Origin: Azolla caroliniana
Lineage: Eukaryota > Plantae > Polypodiophyta
NCBI GenBank assembly: GCA_043228905.1
Contig: JBHGNT010000002.1
Span: 14,942,001 to 15,006,000, forward strand
DNA: 64,000 bases
Reading direction: 5' to 3'
A model generated the notes under the pieces. It saw only the letters and a list, made by a program, of their open reading frames with translations. It was not told the origin of the DNA and did not search any database. The position numbers and the translations under genes are program-made. This document shows, piece after piece, positions 1 through 12,003 of this stretch (its first letter is position 1; every line of letters begins with the position of its first letter).

Positions 1-1185
1 GCGCCGAATATTTGGATGTGCGATAAATTCGGCTTCCTTCCGAAGTATTTTTCGTGCGGGGTGACATCATGCACGCCAGATGTTGTGCACTGGTACATTA
101 GGTAGGTGGCCGTATTTGCAACTTCGGCCCAATATGACTTGGGGATATGCTTCTCGTTCATCATGGCCCGCTCTACTTTAAGGATGTGCCGATTTTTGCA
201 CTCGACTACTCCGTTTTGTTGCGGAGTGTGTTGGCAAGTGAATTCTCGCCGAATTCCTTCCTTTCGGAGGTACGCCGTGAAATCATCTGAGAAGTACTCC
301 TTGCCGCCATCCGATCGAAGGCATCGTACATGTCGGCCCGTGGCTTTCTCGACTTCATTCTTGAAATTTTGGAAGTGTCCGAACACTTCGTTCTTTTGCC
401 GCATCAGGTAGATCCAAGTGTGCCTAGAGAAGTCGTCGATGAAGAGCATGTAATATCGGCATCCGCCGAATGTAGCCATCTGCGTCGGTCCCCATACGTC
501 GGAATGGACTACGTCGAGTAGACCTTTGCTCACGTTCCGCTCTTTCGAGAATGGGTGTCGGTGTTGCTTGCCGAATTGGCACGCTTCGCATACACCTTCA
601 ATCTCCTTTTCTTTGAATGTCGGGAGTCTGATGACGACTCCTTTCGATTTCATTGCTTTGAGTTTGTTGAGATTGATGTGGCCGATTCGCTTGTGCCACA
701 ACTCTATGTCGGAGTCGGCTTTCATGCCCTTTGAGAACATGGCCGATTTCATCTCGTGTGGGTCGAGAATGAACATTCGGCCCTCTCTTCATCCGCGTGC
801 GATGAGTTGGCCCTCTTTTTCGATGAAGCAACCACCTTGATTAAATCGAACTTGCATCCCTTGCTCTACAATTTGGCCGACGGAGACCAAATTCTTCGGA
901 ATGGTCGGTACATGCAAGACATTTTTAATGTAATTTTGCTTACCTTCTTTTCCAAACGGAACATTGCCGATGTGCCGAATCGGGTGCGTAGTGTCATCTC
1001 CAGTTTTGACATAACCGGGTCGCTCCGGCTCTCGAAGTTCTTGGAACCATTCTTGATGCGATGTCATATGGTTCGAGGCACCGGAATCGACGAACCATAC
1101 GTCTTCCGGACCAGAGGCACTAGTTGAGTTAGCGGCCGACATAGAGTTTGCTCTATGTTTCATCATGAACATTCTGCCACAGTCG

Positions 1186-1370
1186 AAGTTGTGTGCATAC
1201 ATTCTGCTATGATCTTTGTAGTCGGAGTTGTGCCCGTACATTCCGCCACGGTCGGAGTTGTGTGCATACATTCCGCCACGGTCGGAGTTGTGTGCATACA
1301 TTCCGCCACGATCTTTGTAGTCAAAGTTGTGCTTGTACATTCCACTATACTCTTCGTAGTCGGAATTGTG
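1186..1370 (-). repeat. In-frame ~30-bp tandem repeat between zinc knuckle and protease of copia A
   Basis: ORF 789-1469 shows repeated YAHNSDRGGM-like units. Confidence 0.85.
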
Positions 1371-2402
1371 CGCGTAATTCGTGAGTTGTCGGCTTGTGGA
1401 AGCCGATTCACGCATCTTCTTTCGGCACTCTTCTTTGTGCTGGCCGAGCTTTCTGCAAAATATCCGCATTCGGTTGCGTTTTGACGGCTCGGGCCAGAGT
1501 GGAAGCTCCCCCTTCTAGCGAAGGTTCCTCGTTGGCCTCCATTTTGCGGTCGAAATTGGGAGTTGTTGTCGTAGGTCGGACCTTGCCTTTTTGCGGTTGA
1601 ATCGGCCTCTCGCTCGTCCACGTCCTCTTCCTCCGTTAGAGTGCGTGTAGAGCATGTGGCCTTCCGACTCATTGCTCCTTGTACGCACGTGGTTTTCTTC
1701 GACCAATAGCATTGATTGGAGCTCGAAGAAGGAGGGAGATTTCTCCCGTGCTAGAACGACGGTTCACATCGCGCCGAACCATGGTGCGAGGCCACCGAGG
1801 CATATTTGCACCATCTCATCATCATGTATACTTACGCTTATTGAGCCGAGTGAGTTGCTAAGCTCCTTGATCTTCAAGGTGTATGTCGTGATGGACATGT
1901 CCCTTTGTTGAATGTTGTTCAACTCTTGGCGGAGTTGAAGCTTCCTCGGGGTCGTGTTGGTGGCGAAAATCTTTCGTAGATTTTCCCACGCTTCCTTCGG
2001 TGTCTTGGCTTCTCGAATGTGGTTGTGAACACATGTCGCCAAACAATACATCACGCGGCTTGCGGCTTGCTCCCATGTCGCGTATTCGGGAGCCGCTTCG
2101 GCGGGTCGATCTTCATGCGCTCCTTTGATGTAGCTCCAATAGCCTTGTCCGACAAGGTATTGGTGCATCTTGTACTCCCAAGATGCGAAGTTGTTTCGAT
2201 CCAACTTCTCAGTAGGGAGAGGGCTCCCCATTTGAGTATTCATTGTGTCGATTCTTCTTCTTCTTCTTCTCGCTTTGAATGCGTGGTATGTAGCGAAGCT
2301 ACGATAGCGATGAGCCGGTTCTTGGTCGTCGGCGTGGAGCACAACACACGATCACAATGAGGTGAATGGGCTAGATCGAGCTACCAAATCACTCTAATAC
2401 CA

Positions 2403-2799
2403 TATAAAGAATCAAGAGATGGATTCTGTTGAAGCGGAATAGGTGTGAACTCTGTGTGTGTGTGTGTATGAGATAGATAGAGAGAGAGAGACACACACAC
2501 ACAGTATACGCAAGGTTGAGTATATTAACAAAGGAGAAAGACACAACATTATACAAGGTGGGAGGAGGGTGCTTTATGTAGTCACCCTCTCTCTTCATTA
2601 ACTACAAGCCTCATATGCCACCCCTTTGCTGTAGCGACGGCTAGTAGAACTCGCACGGTAGTCATCTTCACAACCGGCGTAATCTACGCCGTGCTTCTAC
2701 GCATAGCCTTTTGCAACTAAACGGGCCTTATAGCGGTTGACAGAGCCTCCGGTGTTGTACTTGACCTTGTACACCCATCGGCATCCAATCGGCTTTACA
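2403..2799 (-). repeat. 5' LTR of copia A
   Basis: On minus it starts TGTAAAG (2799) and ends CTTTATA (2403; decayed CTTTACA), directly next to the PBS. Confidence 0.8.
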
Positions 2800-3245
2800 C
2801 CCTTCGGTGCGTGAACCAGGTCCCAAGTCTCATTATCAGTCAAAGCGCGCATCTCTTCCTCTATCGCGGCACACTAGTTTGCGTCTTTCGCTGCTTTTGC
2901 ATAGCTCTCCGGCTCACGTACTTCCGCTACTCGCATCATGTACGCGTAATGGTGTGCCATGTATTCATTGTACCCTACCTCTTTACGAGGTTCCTCAAGC
3001 TGGCAGATCGGAGTAATTCGTGATTACCCGACTTCACGGCCTTTTCGGCCGATTTTGACCTCTTCCGTGGAGGTTCCTTCTAAATTGGCTCGAAGTAAAA
3101 TACGCTCCGATCTGATTTGGCACCGTCGAAGTCGTACTCCGACATCTTCTTCTTCCCCTTCTCCTTACACGTAAACCGTCTCCTCGGTTCCTTACGTGGG
3201 GATAATATGGCTAAGTCTCCACTACTCGTCGCCTTCTCAATAGGT
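2800..3245 (-). pseudogene. Copia B fragment (INT-RT linker and RT N-terminus), interrupted by copia A
   Basis: Minus translation GYNEYMAHHYAYMMRVAEVREPESYAKAAKDAN*CAAIEEEMRALTDNETWDLVHAPKG ends at the LTR boundary 2799. Confidence 0.85.
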
Positions 3246-3247
3246 AG

Positions 3248-5610
3248 GTACAACCCCCGGATTTCGATCTGAATGAAACACTTTGGCAATTTGCCGACTG
3301 AAGAAGTCACTCTACGAACTTAAGCAAGCCCTGCGAGCCTGGAATGCAAAGATTACACAACGGTTCTGTAAGAAGGGGTTTACGACGTTGAAATTGGACT
3401 CTTCACTATTTGTTCAGCAAGGTCAACATGGAACGGTTAGCCTTCTACTGTATGTTGATGATTTAGTCATCGCCGGTGCCGACCAGGACGAAATCCGCCG
3501 TGTAAAGTCTCAGCTTACGGCATCATTCGAAATGAAGGATCTTGGAGACCTTCATTACTTCCTCGGGATCGAAGTGATCCGCGCCCCCGAAGGCATATTG
3601 ATCAGCCCACGTCATTATGCGCTAAATATGCTCTTCAAGTTTGGGATGGAAAACTATAAGCCCATCTTGACCCCTCTAGATAGAAACGTAAAACTTCGCC
3701 GAGATTCGGGAAAGGAGTGTGACCCGACATGGTTCCGAAAAATTGTCGTAAGCCTCATCTATTTGACGATTACTCGGCCGGACCTCAGCTACCCGATCGG
3801 ACTGATCAATCAGTTTATGTCGTAGCCTACGGTCGAACACTTTCAGTGCACGCAAAGGATATTGCGATATGTTAGTGGCACGAAAGACATGGGGTTGCTG
3901 TATCGGATAGGCATAGCCAAACAGTTGGTTAGCTACACAGATGCCGATTGGGCCGGAAATGCCAGTGATCATAGATCCACATCTGGATATGCCTTCTCAT
4001 TAGGAAGTGTGGCAATCGCATGGAGCAGTAAGAAGCACCTGACAGTAGCACTGTTGAGCACGGAGGCCGAATATCGAGGGGCGACTATCGCTACGTGCGA
4101 AGTCATTGGGCTGAAACGACTGTTATCGGATCTACATGTAGAGGTGTCTGATCCAACGATGATCTATTGCGACAAGCTCAATAGTATCCACCTTGCAAAA
4201 AATCCTGTACTCCATGCCCGGACCAAGCACATTGAGGTGCACTACCATTTTTTCTGTGAGTGGGTCCTTTCCGTTGAAGTGGAACTAGCATATGTTTCGA
4301 CGGATCGGCAAGTTGCCGACATCTTCACCAAACCTCTTGGTCTCGACAAGTTGCGACATTTCTCAAGTAAGCTAGGTTTGTGTCACCTCGACACGTTGAA
4401 CTTGATGGGAAGACATGAACAAGAGAGTGAAAGGAGCGGAGGTGATCATCACAACGGAAGTGACCGTGATGCGGAGTCGGATGAAGAATTCGATTTCGGG
4501 CCAGCTGAAAAAGCCAAAGAAGAGAGCAATGACTGTAATTGTAGGGAAGAGGCGAGGACAGTCGAATCAGGGGGAGGTAAGGCCAAGACCAAGACGTGGT
4601 TTGACATTGTCAAAGGCCTAAAGACTGAAGACGAATTAGAGACAGCCAACTCGGATGTAAGTGGAATTGAATCGGAAGAGACCGATTCAATCAAAATGTT
4701 CGATTTAGATATTACGAATCAACTGAGGGCCAAGCAAAGGAAAGGGTTGCGGAGGGGGCACCAACACCGCAACAACAAGGGAGCTGAGAGGGGCCAAATG
4801 AGCAGACTAGCCGAGAATCAACTGAGGGCCAAGCGGAGGAAAGGGTTGCGGAGGAGGCACCAACACCGCAACAACAAGGGAGCTGAGAAGGGCCAAATGA
4901 GCAGACTAGCTGAGAATCAACTGAGGGCCAAGTGGAGGAAAGGGTTGCGGAGGAGGCACCAACACTGCAACCACAAGGGAGCTGAGAAGGGCCAAATGAG
5001 CAGACTAGCCAACCAGAAGGGTCGAGGAATGTAGAATCGAACAGGTCGAGGAGCGCGACTGAGACGTGAAGCCAGGAGAAGCTGGAGTGAAGATCTGGAG
5101 AAGCTGGAGCTGGAGAAGCTGGAGACGTGAAGCCAGGAGAAGCCAGGAGAAGCTGGAGCATGTGGAACTTCAAGTTGAGCTTGAGGGGGAGTGTTGAGTG
5201 ACAAGCTCAACATTGGGTGCGTAACACGATGTGTAACCCAGTGCGTAGACTGGGTGCGTAAAACAGTATGCATAACATGGCCGTATCGGTGCATAAACCA
5301 GAAGGCTGTTAGTATGGTATTCCTCGTAAGGAATCATTTTGGGAGTTAGTGTAGTAGGCTCATTTATGAGTAGTCAAGGATTGTCAGTACTTGTGTCAGC
5401 CCGATAGTCACGGCTTGTATAAAAGGTGCTCACTAAGCAAGAACTATGTCTAGAGTGTCATTATTTTGAAATAGAACTGAGTTGTCTGCTCTCTCTTTGT
5501 CTCTGCCTCTCCATTCCCAACTCTACGTTTTCTGTGTTTTACCAAACTGTCGTTCTCCAAATTGTGTACTCTGTGTTTCGCATACTGTTCCGCACACGTA
5601 TTCTTTTACA
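3248..5610 (+). mobile_element. Copia C 3' part: RT (LYVDD), RNase H (YTDADWAG), PPT and 3' LTR
   Basis: ORFs 3283-3825 and 3862-5034 with one in-frame stop between them. PPT GAGGGGGAG at 5183-5191, LTR starts TGTTG at 5192. LTR end (~5610) is approximate. Confidence 0.9.
4716..5012 (+). repeat. Three 99-bp in-frame tandem repeats in the post-RNase H tail
   Basis: GAATCAACTGAGGGCCAAG at 4716, 4815 and 4914; encodes NQLRAKxRKGLRRxHQHxNxKGAExGQMSRLA three times. Confidence 0.92.
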
Positions 5611-5614
5611 ATCA

Positions 5615-6590
5615 TAGTATAAGCCCGATTTGAATCCACCTAACCTGACCGAGGAAGAGTTGAACGTCAACTTGGAAGACGATATTTGGACAAGTCCTCT
5701 AATAGAGGAAAATCCAAGCCCACCCAAGCCTTGAAGCATTCCAATCATGTTGCGGCCAAGTTTGAACTTGGACAAAGGCAAAGGTAAGATGCCCGAATAC
5801 AAAGTCAACCACCTAGATGACAGTGATTCGGATGTGTCGGCTCGTTCACTAGATAGTAAGTTTGGTGTACCCATCATGCGGACACCCGGAGTACAAAAGG
5901 CACTCTTGTCTGCAAATGAAAAACTTTGACGCTCTTCTAAAGAGAAGAACCCCGACTCTAAGCTTGGCTACAACGAGTACATGGCCCATCATTATGCCTT
6001 TGCGATGAAGGTAGTGGCTGAACAAGAGCCCGAGAGATCATGACCCACGATGGGTGCAAGCACTCGGCCTTCGACCATTTAGCGCTACAAGCCTTCGTCA
6101 CAGGCTTGAGGGGGAGGAACCGAGACTCCCGCCACGACGAAAGCCGCACAGAAGCCGACATCGAAAGTTGGACAGTGCCGAAAGAAAAACCGGATGTCGG
6201 ATGCCTCACACTTGAGCTTGAGGGGGCATGTTGAGATATTTAGTTAGTTAGTCAACACACGTAACTTAGTAATTACCTAGATATAATCTAGTTAGTGTGT
6301 TGACCTTAAAGCCTTAAATAGGATTTTGTACTTGAGTGAGATATGTTGTAGATCTTCCACTACCAAGTATGTTTAATAAAGGTCATACACCTTTGTACCT
6401 ATATTCTACTCACACATGTGCACCTTTGCACATGAGATGTATATATACTTTATTGTGGGTATTTTGGTATTTCATAATGTTTTTTAATATAGTTAATCAT
6501 TCCCCATCTTCTCTCGTTGCTCATAAGTGTTCTTTCTCTCTTCGTCTTAGACTCTCACATACATACACACACATCGCATAATCTTCTGCA
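5615..6590 (+). mobile_element. Copia D remnant with RT/RNase H deleted, plus 3' LTR
   Basis: Linker GYNEYMAHHYAFAMKVVAEQEPE (~5965-6035) is joined directly to the 3' end (LELEGAC). PPT at ~6220-6228, LTR starts TGTTG at 6229; LTR end approximate. Confidence 0.75.
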
Positions 6591-6634
6591 GCTTAATCAC
6601 ATAATTAGGTACTAATTAACCCATAGTTAATTAC

Positions 6635-9600
6635 CTAATTCTTAACAATACCTTCCACAAAATTCCAGTCAACCCTATCATATCCTTTCTCAAAATCCAG
6701 CAACAACACGGCTAGGTTTTGTTTGTTTTTCACCGCTACTCCAGTGGCCTCCCAAAACATGAAAACATTATCCATAATACTCCTTCCCCGCATAAATTCA
6801 GTTTGCGATACATGAATTATCTTTGGTAGTACCTCTTGTAATTGACAACTAAGCAACTTAGCAAATATTTTATAACCAGTATTCAAGACGGTGATCGGCC
6901 TCCACTTACGAATATCTTCCGAAACCCCTTTTGTTTTAGGTATAAGATAAATAATCCCCTCAGATAACAACATGGGCATCTCTCCAGTTTCAAACATATG
7001 TTCGTAAGCGTCTCTTAAGTCTTTCTACAATGTCCCCCAATATTTTTTGTAGAATTTAGGTGTATGACCATCCACTCCAGGACAACTATTGTCCAATAAC
7101 GAGTGTAGTGCTTGTTCCAACTCCAACTCTGTAATAGGTGACATCAATGAATGTTGCATTGCTTGAGTAACCTTGGGCTGAATTTCCGCACATACCTTCA
7201 TTCTATTTTGTCTGATATCCTTAGAAATAGGCTCTTCTGACAAAAGAGTAACATAAATTTTCGTGGCAATTTCCCTTACTGCATTTGGGTCCATTTCAAG
7301 TTCACCATTTTCATTCCGCATACAACAATTTTACATTAGAGACTCTCTCGGGGCCTTTAATATTAAAAAATTGGCTCGTACATCTATCCCTGATTTGCGT
7401 CCATCTTGAAGTAGAATTGTGATAACGAAATTTACTATGGCATTCTTCCAGATGTTGAACCTATTTTCGGGCTTCTTCAAGATGCAAAGCTACCCATGCA
7501 CACTCTGGCGACTCTGTTGCCATCTTTGCAAAGATATCAACGTTACCCTCAACCTTCTTTCCTTCTCCTGATATTCCATATATTAAGATTTTGATTTCAA
7601 CGCAAAATATTGTGATAGCTCTGTCAAAGTAGAAGCCTCCTTGATTGTATTGGGAACATGCATATTATCTTTCTTCCCTCAAATATCTCTTGCTTGAATA
7701 TACCACTGATCATCTAACATTACTTTTTTGGCTATCCTAAATCGTATGGATGCCATTTTTTATTGACCAAAGGTTCTCAATATAACAGGAACATGATCAG
7801 AGAAAGTTGTGCTTGGCATAATCGTGATATTCCCCCTATTTTAGACAAAGGCCTCCCCCACATAAAATCTATCCAATCTTGAGTGATTGGTTCCACCAAT
7901 TCTCCTATTAGAACGTGAGAAACTGAAGGAATCTTGAGATCTATAGACAATAGGTGTATGCCATGCATCCAAAATACTCGATTTCAAACACATCCGTTCC
8001 CAGACTGTTAGTTCCTCCCTAGGCATCCGTTGCCACACTCCCTCCTTTCCTAGCATCCGAGTTCTGAACCATGTTAAAATCCCCTGTAACACACCAATGA
8101 GACACGTTTGGTAATGCATTTGTAATTTCACACCATAAGTGTTTCCTAGCTGATGCATGATTTGGTGCGTAAATATTCAAGTAACCCCTAGTTGTATGCA
8201 TATCTTGTAACACAATATATTGTGCTCTTCCTGGCACAATGACCTTTTGACATATAATACTTGATTTCCAGTGAGGTGCTATTTCCATACACACACACCC
8301 GTCTTGTGTAGCACTACTGCAAATAGGCGAGATCCAAAACATGTCCCAACTACTAGGTAACATAGTGCCATAGTTCCTTATTCGTTGCTCATTCAAATGA
8401 TGTTCTTGAAACATCATAATAACCAACAACCCATTCGTAAGACACTTTCGTAATGCTTGCCTTAACCTGCCTCTATATCTTTGGTAGAAGGGGCCTCCCA
8501 AGCCCTAAACATTCCAAGTGAGGAGCCTCATTAACAACCGCTAGAGGTTGAACCATACCCGAGCCTACGAGTCTTAGAGGATGGTTCCATGGAGCTTACC
8601 CCCCCTATCTCCCATAATCACCATTTGGCCTTTGAGTATGTCACAACCTTCTTTAATGAAACGCCAATGATGATGGGCCCGAGCCTTGGCTTGGCTTTTC
8701 AGTACCTCATCTTCATGAATATAAACATACCCAAAATCAAGCAACATGTTTGAAGTTACATCCAATACAACATGTTTGTGATTCTTGCATCCAAATATGG
8801 AACCACTAAACAACTTGCATTCTCTAGTCCGCTCAATAGTGCTTCCCCCAATTGAGGATTTTGCACATATTTGGCAAACTGCTAAACCTATCCTCTCATG
8901 GCCAATATCACATCCGGGTGATTCCATACATTTCTCTCATAACCACATAATGGAAAGGAGTAACCAACAAATGGGCTTTCCAATTGGTTTTTTCTAAATA
9001 AAACATGGACCCTTATTGCAGTGGGGTCATGAACATCCGTAACTCCCAGATGTTTTGTAAAATCATGCCCAAAGGGGGTTGCATAATCAAATATCGAAAA
9101 ACCACCACTTCCGGTATCCTCCTTCAACATCCCACACGTTCTTATCGTGGCCGCATTACACAATTTTTGTGAACATAACGTTCTTTTTGAAGCAAATCTT
9201 CTAGTTACACATCGATCTTGTGGCTAGATGGTATGAACATTTTTCTCCCTTATCTCAGTAGTGGGTGTTGGCTGCTCTTGCATATTAGCTTCTATGTCCA
9301 ATGCATTGTACGCATTAGGCGTGAGGCATGTCTCTTGCATAGGCACCGAATGTGTCTTGCACCCATGCTTAGCCTTTACATTGATCCATTTATTTTTTGT
9401 GTTTCCCCTTGTGCCCTTACACCCATACAATTTGAGTCTAGTTTGTCTTGGCAATTATCTACCTCAGGCCCGTCTTGTTTACAATACTTGTAAGAACTTC
9501 TTTTTTTCCGGGACCCCCACTTTAGCATTTCTCCTTGGACAATTCTTGGCTAAATGTCCCATTTGCCGACAATAGAAACATTGTCCAGGGAGTCTGGCAA

Positions 9601-10220
9601 ACTCCACCTTTTGCTCTATAAAACCTCCATCATTTGGTAGCATTATGTTTGTAAGTAAGCTTTCGAGGGATCCTACCAAGATTCGGGCTGACTGAAATCC
9701 TGACATTTTAGTTATTCGCATAGCCATATTTTCTTGGACCTTCACCATTGTTCTGATCCTCGAAGCTATCGCTCGAAGCCTCAGTAAGTACTCCTTACGT
9801 AATCCCGGGAAGACAACCGTTAACGGAAATATCCAATCTCCTTTCCATATTGTCTCTATAGGATTAAAACCTTGTTTCCAAGGCATCACAAATGCACGGG
9901 CACCTCTTACATCAAGAGGACTATGTTCCAACATTATACCCACTGATTTGATTGTATCCCATTCCACATGATAAAATCCTCTCTCCATAAATTGGCCATC
10001 TGTTATCCTACCAATTAATCTATGCATAGAGTTTTGTAAACAATCTTTGCATTCACCTCTATTCGGTCGAGCTCTCACCACTCTGTAGATCACGGAGAGT
10101 TCGGTTAGCCAATGAACCTCCAACTTAAATTTAGCCTCCTCTTCGGGCGAGAATATGATCGACATCGGCTACTCCTCAGAATCTATTGGTGGGGATGCTT
10201 CTTTAGAGTTCCCCTGTTGT
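6635..10220 (-). mobile_element. L1-clade LINE, degenerate, truncated at its 3' end inside RT
   Basis: ORF1 10165-9479 with CCHC knuckle CFYCRQMGHLAKNC. ORF2 starts MRLLTWNV at 8531 with APE motifs (QE, NIYAP, GDFN, SRLDRF, SDH) and RT motifs (WRPITVLN, DFEKGYD), ending at 6635. Confidence 0.9.
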
Positions 10221-10241
10221 GTATGTATGTATGTATGTATG
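10219..10241. repeat. (GTAT)n microsatellite
   Basis: Seen directly, next to the LINE 5' end. Confidence 0.9.
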
Positions 10242-10689
10242 CTACTCCAAATTTGTATATATTGTTTGCTTAATAATTCTTTACTATTTCATTAAATTAT
10301 CTAATATAAATATTAATTAATACCCTTATATATCAATTTTGTACCTCAGTGGTTAATTTAAACGGGTGAAAGCATGCAAGCATAAACAATTAGCTATGTC
10401 CTTGACATAGCTAATTAGCTATGCAAAAAGCTACTATTAATAAATAGTCATTTTTTGCAAAAAGCCACCATTAATAAATTAGCTATGCAAAAAGCTACCA
10501 TTGAAAAGAGTAGAGATTTTAATTAAATAAATGAGCACCATAAATGTGCAACAAAAATTGATATGTGCACCATAAATTATATACCGAATTCCTAGGTCCA
10601 TTATGCATGATCCTTTGCCACATCACGTGGGCCATCTTTGGTTGACTATTTTGGCTTAGATTACTACCATTGTTGCTAAACCCTATTGA

Positions 10690-11860
10690 GTCCACTCCTC
10701 CATAGCCGCCATTCTATACTCAGTTACCGACACTGAGTGGTCCAAGTATCATCTAGCACTGTTCGATTCAATGGATTTCACTCCTCCATTGCCGTCATTC
10801 TACACTCAGTTGTCACCACTGTTCAGTCCAAGCATCTTTTGTCAGGTTCACTCCTCCATTGCCGCCATTGTACACTCAGTTGCCACTATTGTGAAGGTCG
10901 TATATTGTTGCCACTTTTCGATCCGACGGAGTTAACTTCTTCTCCATTGCCACCATTTCTACTCTCAGTTACCATCAATGTGCGTTCCAAGCATCATCTA
11001 CCACTGTTCGATCTGACGGAGTTCACTCCTCCATTGCCATCATTCTACACTCAGTTACCGCTACTATTTGGTGACCGGTCTTGGATTGTTGCCACTATTG
11101 TGAAGGTCGTATATTGCTGCCACTTTTCGATCCGACGGAGTTAACTCCTTCTCCACTGCCACCATTTCTACTCTCAGTTACCATCAATGTGCGTTCCAAG
11201 CATCATCTACCACTGTTCGATCTGACGGAGCTCACTCCTCCATTGCCATCATTCTACACTCAGTTACCGCTACTATTCGGTGACCGGTCTTGGATTGCTA
11301 CCACTTTTCGATTTGACGGAGTTCAGTCATCCATTGCCATCATTCTACACTTAGTAACCACTATTGTTCGGTCGTGTATTGCTGCCACATTTCGATCTGA
11401 GGGAGTTCACTCCTCCACTGCCGCCATTGTACTCTCAATTGTCGTCACTGTGCGTTCCAAGCATCATCTGCCACTGTTCGATTTGACGGAGTTCAGTCAT
11501 CCATTGCCATCATTCTACACTTAGTTGCCACTACTGTTTGATGGTTTAGGGAGCAGTTTGATGGTTTGCTGCTACACTTAGTTGCCGCTTTTCGATCTGA
11601 AGGAGTTCACTCCTTCTCCACTACTGCCATTCTACTCTCAGTTGTCGTCACTATGGATTCCAAGCACCATCTGCCACTGTTCGATCCGACGGAATTCACT
11701 CCTCCATTGCTATCCTTCTAAACTCAGTTGCCGCCATTGTTCGGTCCTAGATTGTTCGATCAAACGGAGTTCACTCCTCCACTACCGCCATTCTACACTC
11801 AGTTGTTGCCACTATTTGGCCCTAGATTATCGCCATTGTTCGGTCTTGGATTTGAATAAT
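10690..11860. repeat. Degenerate ~70-bp tandem repeat with an embedded 209-bp duplication, upstream of the transposase
   Basis: Recurring CCACTGTTCGATCTGACGGAGTTCACTCCTCCATTGCC...CATTCTACACTCAGTT. TGCCACTATTGTGAAGGTCGTATATTG occurs at 10881 and 11090. Confidence 0.85.
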
Positions 11861-12003
11861 CATTCTGTCTATTGATTATCTTGTGTATTGTTCTGTATAA
11901 TCTTGTGTATTGCGGAATATTTTTGTGTATAGTTGTTGCCCATAGGCATCTTTAATACGTGTCTTTTTTTCAGGAAAATTAGGGTTTAAACCCGTCAAGC
12001 CAA

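Larger units (their letters stand above)
1..2799 (-). mobile_element. Ty1/copia LTR retrotransposon A (5' part; runs off the left edge), degenerate
   Basis: Minus strand: gag (2342-1764), protease WFVDSGASNHM (~1090), pre-integrase LWHKRIGH and integrase core (1-530), broken by stops and frameshifts. Degenerate iMet PBS at 2391-2402 (TGGTATTAGAGT on minus). Confidence 0.93.

Noticed and set aside
10737-11875. ORFs with repeated peptides
   Set aside because: By-products of the tandem repeat, open in several frames, with no domain signal.
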